Shown: positions 12,791 through 25,153 of the stretch, one piece after another
Numbering within the stretch: the first letter of the stretch is position 1
How the letters are laid out: every line of letters starts with the position of its first letter
Source: the human T2T-CHM13v2.0 reference genome, Homo sapiens
Reading direction: 5' to 3' (one strand)
Assembly (NCBI RefSeq): GCF_009914755.1
Contig: NC_060932.1
DNA length: 64,000 bases
The notes under the pieces: model-generated
The model's input: the letters and a program-made list of their open reading frames with translations, nothing else
The model's database searches: none
What the model was told of the DNA's origin: nothing
Made by a program: the position numbers and the translations under genes

Positions 12791-12850
12791 AGAAAGAAGG
12801 AAAGGAAGGAAGGAAAGAAGGAAGGAAGGAAGGAAGGCAGGCAGGAAGGA
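12790..12850 (+). repeat. (GGAA)n-type microsatellite in Alu tail
   Basis: GAAGGAAAGGAAGGAAGG... purine tract. Confidence 0.9.
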
Positions 12851-13191
12851 AAATGATTGGTCCATGAAGCAGTATAGCACATTGGTTAAGAGAAAGACTG
12901 AACCTGGAATTATGCTACCCTGTCTCAAAAACAAACAAACAAAAAAAAAAACGAAATAAGTTTGGGTCTTGCCACTTCCCTGCTGGGGACCTTGCAATAG
13001 CTCCCCATTTTCCACTATGGTCTAAGAGTCCCTTCGTGATATAGATGCTTATGATCCTCTGACATCACTGCAGCCATACCAGCCACCTGCTATTCCTCAA
13101 TGACGCCAGGCAAGCTCTAGTTTCAAGGCCTTTACACCGGTTTCCACCTGGTATTCTCTCCTCTGATATCCTATTGACTAACTCCTTCACC

Positions 13192-13437
13192 TCCTTCTTC
13201 TTTCCTTTTCTTTTCTATTTTTTCTTTTCTTTCTTCCTTCCTTCCTTCCTTCATCCCTCCCTCCCTCCCTCCTTCCTTTCTTTCTTTCTTCCTTTCTTTT
13301 TTCTTTCCTGCCTTCCTTTCTTTCTTTCTTCCTTTCTTCCTTCCTTTCTTTCTTCCTTTCTTCCTTCCTTTCTTCTTTCTTTCTTTCTCCTTCCTTACTT
13401 CATCCCTCCCTCCCTCCCTCCTTTCTTCCTTTCTTTC

Positions 13438-13468
<31 letters not shown>
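13192..13468 (+). repeat. Polypyrimidine compound microsatellite (TTCC/TTTC/CT)n
   Basis: ~275 bp almost pure C/T. Confidence 0.95.
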
Positions 13469-13896
13469 ACCAAATATCACCTTCTCAATGAGTCTTGGGC
13501 TATCCTGATCACCCTATTGTAAACAGTTGCATACCCATCTCCCACATTTCCAGTGTCCCTTCATTGCACTTTTTGTTTTCTCATAGGATTTATCACTTGT
13601 TAACAATATAATACTTGTTATTTTATTAGGGTTTTTTTGTGTTTAATTTTAAATATGTCTTTGTAATGACATTTTGTATTGTATTTTGTAATGCACTTAC
13701 TAGGTTTACTGTTCATCATCTCTACTCTATGTTAAAGTATAAGGTTTATAAAGACAAGTGTGTTTGCTTGCTTGTTTTTTTTTTCTCACTAAAATAGTGT
13801 TTAGGATATAAAAGATGCTTTGCAACTTTTTTTTTTCCAATTAATGGAAAATCGCTGAATTAAGAAAGTTTACAAAGCTAGCTGAAAGCATATCCG

Positions 13897-14525
<629 letters not shown>

Positions 14526-15276
14526 GTATATTACACTTAGCACAGTGTAATATACATGGGCAGAGGAGAAATTTTTGATGTGTAAAATTGGAGATTTAAT
14601 TACATGCACGTTATTAGGCCTCCAAAAAAGTGGGTAACATCATTTAAACCTGAAAATCACACCATTACCTTAACTCTTCACCCTTTGAAGATACAGTTTC
14701 TGGGATCAGCATTTATCTTTCAACAGGTTGAATATTCAATAAGGCTCTACTCTTTGGGTTACCCATTTTTTTTTCTCAGAAATGGGAGCTAGAAGCAGTT
14801 GTTTAAATTCTAAGACATTTCTTCCTATATCTTCAGACAATTCTGAATAGGATCACAGAGAGTTTTTAGCAATTCATCCCCAACAATGGATTGAGAGGGG
14901 ACTTAGGCCAGTTGCTCTAACAGGGAAGCCTGTGGCCTAAGGCAGATCCCTGAACACCTAGGTATTCATGGTGTTCTGCATGCACCGCATGCACTGGACA
15001 CATTCCATCCACATATGTGAGTTGCTGCCAGTTACTCTGGGACTGAGCTCTGCCTTGAACTAAGGCCAAGTGACAGGGTCCTGACACCTGTGTAACTGTT
15101 GCAAGTATCTTTTCTCAGAATCCCACTCCCTAGACCCTGGTTCTTTACTGTAGTAACTGCTGGCTGAGGTCTTTTCCAAGGTTCATTCTCAACCACTGCT
15201 ACCATCTTTTCCTAAGAGTCCTGTGGCAGTGCAGTGAGACTCAGCACCATGGATATACTGGATAACAACACCATGA

Positions 15277-15768
<492 letters not shown>

Positions 15769-16289
15769 TAAAATATCAATGCAATAAATAGAAATTATGA
15801 TACCAATTAACTCAGGTTTCCACAGGGACTAATTGGATAACTGGTGAAATGTTAATTAGTCCTGCCTTTCAGAGTCCCCTCAAAGGTAAATGAAAATAAA
15901 AAATTATATATCAAAAAACTTGCATGTTGCAAGCACAAATCTACTCTCGACCAGATGATTGTGCTCTGGAATTTGCAGTTGTAGCCACCTCAAATTCTGA
16001 ATCTGGATAATGTGCATTGCAGTTCTGTTTCGCTGAGCTTTCTTTACAGCATGTAGCCTACTTTGGACATAGATGAATTATTAGGCAAATCTTTTCTGAA
16101 TATCTATTAATATAAATATCAATTAAAATATGCTTTCATGTAAATATGTCACCAAATAAAGGTCATCATATAAATGTTGAATAAATGTTTAAAGAAAATC
16201 ATTCTGAAGAGTCATCAGATCATTAGTCCATCCACATTGCCCACAAGTCTGCCTGGTCTTGGGATTTACCATTCCTCACCATCAAGTAG

Positions 16290-16840
16290 TGTTTTACTGA
16301 AGCCCACGCTGTAAGCATCAGAATTTTCTGCTGTACTAGTTAAAAATGCAGACTGGTGACTCCAATCTAACCTCATGAAATGAGAAGAAAAAGACTAAAA
16401 TCTGCATTTTATCAAGGGTCAAAGTGAACTACATATGGCCCCAGAAAGACTCCGTACTTCTATGTTTGAGTCCTTGTGGACGAATGGTAACCTAGCTTAG
16501 TAGCTGAATGTTGGCCAATCCCAGCGGCCATACCTCAGCCCCTCATAGACTGCTGGGTGTTCAAACTGTTTGAATAAGGCAAATGATAATCCATCCCACT
16601 GTTTCTGTATCTCACTTCCGATTGCTGTACGTCACTTTACTTTTTTTGTCTATAAATTTGTTCAGACCGTGAGGCATCCCTGGAGTCTCTCTGAATCTGC
16701 TGTGATTCTGGAGGTTGTCTGATTTGCAAATTGTTTTTTTCCTTGGATTTTTTTTTTCTCAATTAAACTCCATCAGATTTAACTTGTCTAAAGTTTTCTT
16801 TTGACACAAGTAACCCCAAGTGATTTTTGTGCATACTTCT
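16290..16840 (+). mobile_element. MER5A-like hAT DNA transposon remnant (split by MER57)
   Basis: GTTAAAAATGCAGACT...AATCTGCATTTTATCAAG|...CCCCAAGTGATT. Confidence 0.55.
16417..16806 (+). mobile_element. MER57(A-like) ERV1 solo LTR
   Basis: GACTCCGTACTTCTAT...TTGGCCAATCCCAGCGGCCATAC...GTCTATAAATTTG...GAATCTGCTGTGATTCTGG; 4-bp TSD CAAG (16413-16416/16807-16810). Confidence 0.85.
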
Positions 16841-19359
16841 AATGTAAAAGGGTTATGAGATAAAGGAGGGAAGGAAAAAGAATAGACGAACAAATGAATG
16901 GATAAAGGAATGGATGAATGATCAATCAAGCCACTTTTCTTTCTCAGGGAAAGAAAGGTTTAAGTCGCTTTTTTCCCCTCAGAGTTGGATCATGTTCCCC
17001 TCTCTCATCCCCCTGTAATTACAGCCGACCTTAGTCTGGGGTGTGGAGGTTACTGAGCTGGGAGCAGTGAGTTCTCATCAAGCAGCCAGTGGACTCTCAT
17101 CCATCTCTTCTGGTAATTAATTCTAATACAGCTCCATTTAATACAAAGGAGAGATACCCTGTAGGGGATGGTTTTACAAGATATTACGAAGCCAAATTAA
17201 AATCCTTTACCTTATTTTGAAAACAACCGTCCTTAAAAGGGCTTAGAAATAATAATAATAAAAAGGCAGTTTAGCAAACCTAGTTTCTGGCCAAGGAATA
17301 TTTTCAAGATGTGTTCATATGTATTGAAGCACTTCCTAGGAATCTTGACTTGGGCTAAAAGGATCATGGTAGTTGCTTGTCCTAGAATTACAGATTTACA
17401 TAAAATTGGAGCTAGAATAAAAGTCGCCAACACTAAAATGATGCTCACTATGTACTAGGCACTGCTCTGGGCACTGCACAGGCTCAAAATCCTTTTCGCA
17501 GGTGTGCAACCTAAGGCACTGGGAGGTTGAAAAGCTTTTTCTTTTTCTTGACTGACTCCTTCACTTCCTTCATCTTTTCTTTACCTTTCTTTTCTTTTCT
17601 TTTTTCTATGAAAATGAAAAAAGATATGATCTTCAGGGGTCATATCTTTCTATGATATGATATGTGATTCTGGAGGTTGTCCGATTCGCAGATCTTTCTA
17701 TGATTTGACCCCCGAGATCATATCATAGAGACATTTGAGCCAGGATTTAAGCCTGGGTAATCTGCCTTTGACCACTACACTGACACTCCCTCAGGGATCA
17801 TCAGCTCCACCCAGTTATTTTCAAAATGGAGAAAGTGAATCAAAGGAAATGTAACATGGCCAGGGAGTGGCTGAGCTGTACTGAAATCTGGGCATCCCTG
17901 TCCATTTCTGTCAACTGCAGGGACACAGAACTCTAGAGATGGAAGGAAATGCCTAGACTTCGCGGAATCTTACACCACCCCCAACCCCCGTCTGGCCACC
18001 CTCTCCTTTCTTAATCAGTTAAGTGGTCTATTACTTAGCTGAGCAAGGAGGGAGAAAGGTCTCAGCCTTCGTTTTTCCTGAATTTCCCAGGGCATTTGCC
18101 AGGTCTGACCCCTTGTTCGCTTCTATGTAGCATTAAAAAACCTTTTACTCTTTGGCTTAGAAAAGTTGTCTGTGACAATCTTTTTATGTATGTGAGAAAT
18201 GTCCTCTAAATAGGAAACTAGAAAGCTCTGAGGTGGCTGGGCCTGCCTGGTTAGCTTTCTTCTTTGGAGTTTTGCTGACCCAGTCCTCTTTCATGCTGGG
18301 TCAGATCATATGAATAAGCAGGACTGGCTGTGCTTCTGGAATCTGATCACGCCAACTCTGGAGGGAGATTTTTCTGGATTCCAGCACTGTGGGGCCACCT
18401 ACCAAGTGGTCTCTGCCAGCCAGGAGAGGCAGGCTTACAGTCCTCATAGCTCCTCAAAATCAAGCAAAATCAGATGATTCCTCTCCCTGTATTTGTTTGT
18501 TATTTCACTTTCAATTTGGTAGAATGAGATGCCTAAACTTTCAGTTGGATTTGATCTTAATATTCTTTGAGCTCTTGCTAAAGCCCTCCTATAAGATTGT
18601 CAAGTTTAATTTATTAGATTCAACTACAAAGTCACCGACTATAAGTTCACTAAACACGTCTTCATTCCAGGAGAAGCCATCTGGCCTGTTAACCATAGCT
18701 GGTTATTTGTATCATAAAAGAATTCCAAACATTTTTACAATCCATGAAGTATTTGCTATTTTAGGCGAAATCCTATTGCTACTAACTCCAAAGTTCTTTC
18801 CAAACTCTTTAAGTGAATTTTGTCAGAGGTGGGGGAGGAATGTGGCTTTAAAAATAATGAGCTGTCAAATGGAGTTTAGAAATCATTTAGTTATGTAGAA
18901 ATTTTCACTGCAACAGCTATCCAAATTCAAGAAACACCCCTTTGATATGCAAATCAAGGTAGTTAATTTCAAGTCAGACTTTGGCCTTTTCTAGAGATGA
19001 AGGCTTATCTTCCCTCTCCTCACGCGGCATACTTTCTTGGGTTATCGCATCCAACAATGACCTCACCCTGCACCTGTGCTGTATAATTCCATATGCGTGC
19101 AACTTCCAAATATATATTTTTAAACCCTTTTCTAAGCTTCAAACTCTTGTGTTTAACTACTTATTTAGATGTCTATTTGACATCTTTACATAGCTCTACC
19201 TCATTCTCATCAAAACTGATCTTCTGCCCAAAGCTGTTTATTCTCCTGTTTCTTATCCTGATGAAAATATCTAATCACCCAGTTCAGTAAGCCTGAGAAT
19301 ACTGACAATCGCTCCCTCCACTTCCCCACACCAAAACAGTTACTGACGGTATTGAACGA

Positions 19360-19940
19360 TGTTGACTGCCTACTGCACATCTGTGTCCCCCTCCCCCATT
19401 TCTAGAATACCCTGATTTTGATCATTTTTTTTCTCTCTCCTCCCCCCATCTAGACACAATCCATTTGCTACTGGAGAAGTAAATCCTACCATCAACTTCA
19501 AGAATGTTCCAGAGACACATATATAACATATATAACAGTAATTCCATTACCCCTGGCCAATGACTGATTCGGGAATAGGCCATAGGCTAACGAGAACCAA
19601 AAAGAGGTTTACTAGGCGCTTCTGGGGTGGTTATCCTTTCAGGGCCAGCTTGTCGAGTTAGCTTCTGGAAATGAGCCTCTCTCTCTGGATGACTTCATAT
19701 GTGGATATGAGGTCTGGAATGGGTGTAACCATCTTGCTACCATCTTGAGAATGAAGTCAACACGAACAACAGACAGGAAGATCAAGTGAATGTTCAGAGT
19801 AGGAGCCACTGCAAGTCACTGAAATTCATCCCCTTTCTGGACTTAATGTTTGGTTACCAAACACATTTATTTACTACTGGAGCTGGTGTGTGCTGTTTGT
19901 TTTCCTATTACTTGCTGCCAAAAGCTCCCTAAGTGATTCA
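19360..19940 (+). mobile_element. Old MaLR LTR (MLT1J/K/L-like) within an L2 remnant
   Basis: CCATCTTGCTACCAT...TTTCTGGACTT...TTACTTGCTGCCAAAAGCTCCCTAAGTGATTCA terminal motif. Confidence 0.55.
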
Positions 19941-20849
19941 TCATGTCTTATCAGTGTCTAATGTCTATCTCCCCATCACTGTCTCCACCGCCACTATCTT
20001 ACTATCTTAGGTTAGGCTTTCCTTGTTTCTCACTTAGATTAATAGAACAATCTTCCTAACTATTGTTGCTGCCTCTAACCTCAATCTGCAGTAATCCATG
20101 CTCTGCAGCTGGCAGAGTGATTTTTCCAATATATATATGTATATGAAAAAAAAAAAAAGGAAAAGAAATCTGGTTATCTCAAACTCATGCTCAAAATCTC
20201 TTCAAGTTTTTACTTTTTCAAATTTTTTCTAACCACTTAATGCAAAAAGACCTTATGGTTTATACCTACTTGGAAAACACTGAAAAAGGATGAGATTTTA
20301 GAAAGAGGAAGGGATCAAACTTGACCCAAGTCTAAACAGAGGCTGAGGCAGAAGGCCAAGAGACCAAAAGGTACAGCAGCCCCTTGGAAAGACTATGGCC
20401 CAGCTTCAGTGAGTCTCTCAATCAGACTATGTGGGCAGAGGTGAAGGTACATGAGCCCCATAGGATCGTCTTCAAGGTCAAAGTCAAGATCAAGGTGTAT
20501 TCCAATTACAACGTGATAGTTTCCACACATAGGAAAAGCTGCTAGCTGCTCTGCCAACATAGAAGACTTGGGAGGTGATTAGTTCCCTCATTCCTCTCTA
20601 CCAGCTCCCTGGAAAAGGACCACTCAAGCCAAATTATTCCAAACAAACAAAAGGCAAGCTGTAAGAGTAGGAGATACACAGGTTGGCCAAATGGTAAATC
20701 ACATTGCCTATAGAAAATTAAAAGTCCATGGAATATTATTAAATGTCATTCATGATCATACTCTAGGCTTTCTCCTCAATAATAATGAATACCTATTGTT
20801 TTGTTTCCTTAACACCACAATACTCACCTCCCTTTTTCTTGGAATGAAT

Positions 20850-21380
20850 GGTCACCTCCCCTGGCATTGTCACATTTTTCTCAGGAATTTTCATGTTGCT
20901 GTAGAGCCCTAACCTGTTTTTATAGCCTTCATAAGTTGTTTCAGAGGTGGGGCTCTGATCCAAGCTGAGGCAATCAGAGGACTTCCCTGGAAACTTTTGA
21001 GTTGGAACTAGGAGAGTGAGACAGTCTTTGTTTGAGTGTGCAAATTGCATGCTGTAAAGCAGCTGGTGGCTATATTTCCTGCCATGTAAATTGGAAAAGT
21101 GGATGATGTAAGCAAGGAAAGAATGAGACACACACAGAGAGAGAGAGACAAAGACTGAGAACAGATATTAGAGAAAAGAGAAATGCCTCTCAGCATTTAA
21201 ATTTTCTAATTACAGTTGCTTCTAAGATTCAGACCTATGGCTGTCCTTGGGCTCACTAAAGTAGCATGGTTCTTCATAATAAATAATTATCCTTCTTTTC
21301 CTCCTCCATCTCCTCCTTGCTTAAACTATTTCTACTTGATATTTATGACATTTGAAGCCAAAGTGGTCCTAACTAATATG
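20850..21380 (+). mobile_element. Old MaLR LTR (MLT1K-like)
   Basis: TGATCCAAGCTGAGGCAATCAGA...TTGAAGCCAAAGTGGTCCTAACTAATA. Confidence 0.55.
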
Positions 21381-22072
21381 CCCATATCTTTCCCCATCAT
21401 TCAACCATACCTGATTCTGCAGATCCCTCAAGCTACAGGCTTTCAAGCTGACTTTTCCTCTCATACCTCCATGCATTTGCCCATCATTCCTCTGATTCTC
21501 ACTCTGGAATTCCTACATTCCCCATTTGTCAATTCATTTCTGAAGTCACTTTTTGTACCTCCATCTCGAGGTAAATGCCTGTCTCAGTGCTCTCAGAGGG
21601 CCCCGTGTATAACTCTCCCATCATTCTTAAAATATTCCACTATAAATGCCTGTGTTGTGCCATCAACTTTGATGCTTAGATTGAGGTCTTTTTAGGGCAA
21701 AGGACTCCTTCTAGCTCTCATTTTCCAGCTCCTAGCAAGACATTCATTTGATAAATATTTCTTGACTGACTAATTAAAGGAATTGATCAATGAATTGATC
21801 AAATAAAAGCCATATAGAAACTTGAGTGCATTTTACAAGCTAGGAATAAGTAAATAAAAGGTTAGATGTTGATATTCCTGTAAAACTGGCACATACACAT
21901 TCTCCTGGTGACATTGCAAATTAATATACCGCTTTTGGAAGTCAATATAATAATATACAGTAAATGACATTAAAATGTTCACAACTTTATCCAAACATGA
22001 ATTTTTTTCATAAGAAAATTCTAGAAAGGAAAAAAGTATAAGTCTGTTTATGGCAGCAATTGATAATGACAA

Positions 22073-22522
22073 TGAATTAGTCAGCATTCTCTAGAGGGAC
22101 AGAGCTAATAGGACAGATGTATATATAAAGGGGAGTTTATTAAGGAGTACTGACTCACACGATCACAAGGTGAAGTCTCAATGTGCCGTCTGCAAGCTGA
22201 GGAGCTAGGAAGCCAGTTCGATTCCCAAAGCTGAAGAACTTAGAGTCCGATGTTTGAGGGCAGTAAGCATCCAGCATGGGAGAAAAATGTAGGCCAGAAG
22301 ACTAAACCAGTCTAGTCTTTCCATGTTCTTCTGCCTGCTTTTATTCTGGCCACGCTGGTAGTTGATTAGATGGTGACCACACAGATTGAGGGTGGGTCTG
22401 CCTCTCCTAGTCCACTGACTCAAATGTTAATCTCCTTTGGTAACATCCTCACAGACACACCCAGGACCAATACTTTGCATCCTTCAATTCAATCAAGTTG
22501 ACACTCAAGATTAGCCAACACA
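22073..22522 (-). mobile_element. MLT2A1 (HERV-L) solo LTR
   Basis: ATTAGTCAGCATTCTCTAGAGGGACAGA...CACTGACTCAAATGTTAATCTCCTTTGG...AATCAAGTTGACACTCA; 450 bp; TSD GACAA/AACAA; sits in an old L1M fragment. Confidence 0.85.
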
Positions 22523-23460
22523 AACAACAAAATTAAAGGAGAGGGAAGCTATTAAATTATAGTACATGAAGCTGATAAAATATTACAGCTATTTTAAATA
22601 AAGAAAAATTCAAAGTTAGAAAAAAAGTTTCTTATATGTTAAATTTTAAAAAGCCAATTTGTAAAAGGGCAGACTCATGATGCTTTTTAAATTTTCAAGC
22701 ATAATTTTAAAACCTAGAAGGCAAATAGGCAAAAATGAAATTGGTATATTGAGTAATTGCATTACCAGTATTGTATTTCTTTTATAAAAATTTTATTTTA
22801 ATTAAAAAGATGTAATAATATTTATTAAACAGAGAAAATCAAATACTGTTCTCCACATGATGAGGTCTTCCTAGTAATGCCTGCAGAACATTCTTCTGGA
22901 TGAGATATTGATATACCTGCCTGAAAAATTCCTGAAACATGGAATTCAGTATATTCAACTGAAAGCCATTATATTAACTAGTCACAGTCAGCAAATTTGC
23001 ATAATGATTTATGGACATTTGCCCTAAAAATTGTGCGGGAATATGAAGCAGCTGTTCAAGAGCTTGGCTTTGGTTTTGCTAACAAGAGGCAGATAGCTGT
23101 GGTTAATGAAAAACAACTGCTAATAGATAATTCCAGTTTAGCTTTGAAGTATATTTCCAGTATTGTCAATACATACAGTGACTGAAATACAGGTCTAGAA
23201 CCTGGATACCCACTTCACCCCCTTCCTCTCCTCAGATTCCTCCCTCGGGGATGGACTTTATGGGGAGATAGCACCGGGAGGCAATCCGGGAGAGTGTTGC
23301 ATGGGAGGGGCCTGCATCCTGTTCTGGCCGGTGGTAATAAAATATTAGCACAATGGCATAGACAGTATAGTTTGTAAGAAGCTAGGAAGAAGAGAACAAG
23401 GATCAGCATAGATCTGTGATAGTTCCGTTGTTGACTGTCTCTCCTTTACTGCTCCACCAG

Positions 23461-23523
23461 CCTAAAACATTAGGATGCTGATTATGGGGCCTCTACGAAG
23501 TGAATTCCACCCAAGAACACCAG
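23461..23523 (+). other. Candidate 63-nt non-coding exon
   Basis: TTGAC branch-like + CTCTCCTTTACTGCTCCACCAG acceptor; CAG|GTGAGT donor; stops in all three frames. Confidence 0.4.
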
Positions 23524-24025
23524 GTGAGTAGCATCCTAACCAACCCTGGGACTGTGCTAAGACAGCCAATTCTCAGGATTCTTGATTTTTAGCCTTAGCT
23601 CTGTTGTGTGTGTTGAATGGATTATACTCTTTGGGCATCAGTTTGCTCATCTATAAGAGGAAGTGTTTAAAAGAAGATTACTGAGGCCACTTCCAGCTTT
23701 GCAATTCTCTAACTACCAGTTAGGATGGGTTTCATATTAGACATATTGTCTTTAAGCCCAAATGCATTTGGTATATTTGTGATTGCTAAAGTCCTCGGTC
23801 CATTTTTCTGAGCCAATCTTTTGAGTTTGAATGCAAAGTGGAATGACAGTGGGACTCAAATTAGAAGTCAGGTAATTGGTGAACTGTGCAGTGGAATATT
23901 TTTAATATATTCCAAGTTTCAGTTCGTATACCACAACTTAATTGAATTTTCCCTAAAGCCCTTCAATTAAAAATAGTGCAGAAACTAGCATTTTCAAGAT
24001 AAATGTGAAACCTTGACCAAACTGC

Positions 24026-24053
24026 AAAAAAAAAAAAAAAAAAAAAAAAAAAA
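24026..24053 (+). repeat. (A)28 mononucleotide run not attached to an Alu/L1
   Basis: Direct count. Confidence 0.95.
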
Positions 24054-25020
24054 CCAAAAATGGTAAGTTTTTGAAAGGTTAATAACATTTTTCTAATCGC
24101 AGCAGTAATGGAGATGGAAAAGCTATTTTCTTTTTCATGGTATACAACAAATTTGATCATTCCATCTCCACTTGACACTGTCAGGAATCCAGCTGAGAGG
24201 CGAGTAGTCCTTGAAACAATTGCTAAAGAAGAAGGCTCACCATTGGCGGAGTCTCATCTAATCTCTCTCTGATCTGTGTTAGCACAGGCCACAGGCCCTG
24301 TACTTCCAGGCCTCATCTTCATTTCCTGCTTCTCTGGGCTTCTGGCTTTTCTCTATCACAATGTTCCTGTATTTCCTGTCTTTTTCTATCCCCTTCCCTT
24401 GGCTCTTAGGTCCCCCAACCCCGCTTCAACGTTTTCTGCCTGGGAAAGTCCTCCGAATCCTTTGAGAGCCAGGGCAACTGGCTTTGGATACAGTTAAATC
24501 TGTGTAAACCTTCTGGATCAATTGTTTATTCTTTGTGTTACTTGAACTGAGTGTTCTATGCAAGAAACTTGCCTTCTAGTGAAAGAAAAGGCAAGGATCA
24601 GCTCTCAGTTGGTTCTTCAAAGATACTTAGGGATTTGCCACTTGCACACCAGGATAAACAGAGCTCTAAGGAAAGGCAACAGCATGCACAAGACATAGAG
24701 GTGTGGAAGGAATAAAAAAACCTGACATAACCCACTGACCAGACACAAGGTCAGGGAAGGAAGAAGGAATCTGGGGAGGAGATGAGAAAGTTAGGCAGGC
24801 ACCAGATAATGAGGGGCCTTTTGTGATAGACTGAGAAGCTTGAAATATTATCTTTAGAGAAATGGAAAACCTTTGAAAGATTCCGTTCTAAGAAATCCTT
24901 GATTATTTCTTCCAGCTCTGTCATAGTCTGACTGAGGTTTTCTGTTTAAACCTTCTGGATCCAACATGGTATTAATATAAACTCCACCGTTTCTTTCTGT
25001 GGGGGCACATGATGTGTGTC

Positions 25021-25153
25021 TAGGTAACTGTACTTCTTGGTCCACCTAGAACAGTCCTGGTTTCACCTTTAACCTGGTTGAATTATTAATAGTGCCTCCT
25101 TTTTACTCTCAAAAGTGACCCAATTTGAGCACTACATATTATTCTCATTGCCT
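25021..25153 (-). mobile_element. MER81-like hAT-Blackjack MITE
   Basis: ACAGTCCTGGTTT...AATTATTAATAGTGCCTCCTTTTTACTCTCAAAAGTG. Confidence 0.65.

Larger units (their letters stand above)
10500..13850 (+). mobile_element. Fragmented L2 LINE interrupted by two LTRs, an Alu and microsatellites
   Basis: Colinear L2 blocks: CCATGTTGCTAA...TGCATTTGATGCAG (11265-11340), TTCCCCTTCTCAGTA...CCATCCTT (12170-12200), CAAATATCACCTTCTCAATGAG (13470-13492). Confidence 0.7.

Noticed and set aside
13171-13491. 100-105 aa ORFs on both strands (K/E/R-rich and F/L/S-rich); similarly 50164-50585
   Set aside because: Translations of purine/pyrimidine microsatellites that lack stop codons.
18389-18898. 169-aa ORF in unique sequence
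   Set aside because: GTG start, no recognisable domain, L/F/I/S-rich composition typical of AT-rich non-coding DNA, no convincing splice context.
21216-21695. 159-aa ORF
   Set aside because: TTG start; spans the end of an MLT1 LTR and L2-like sequence; no homology recognised.
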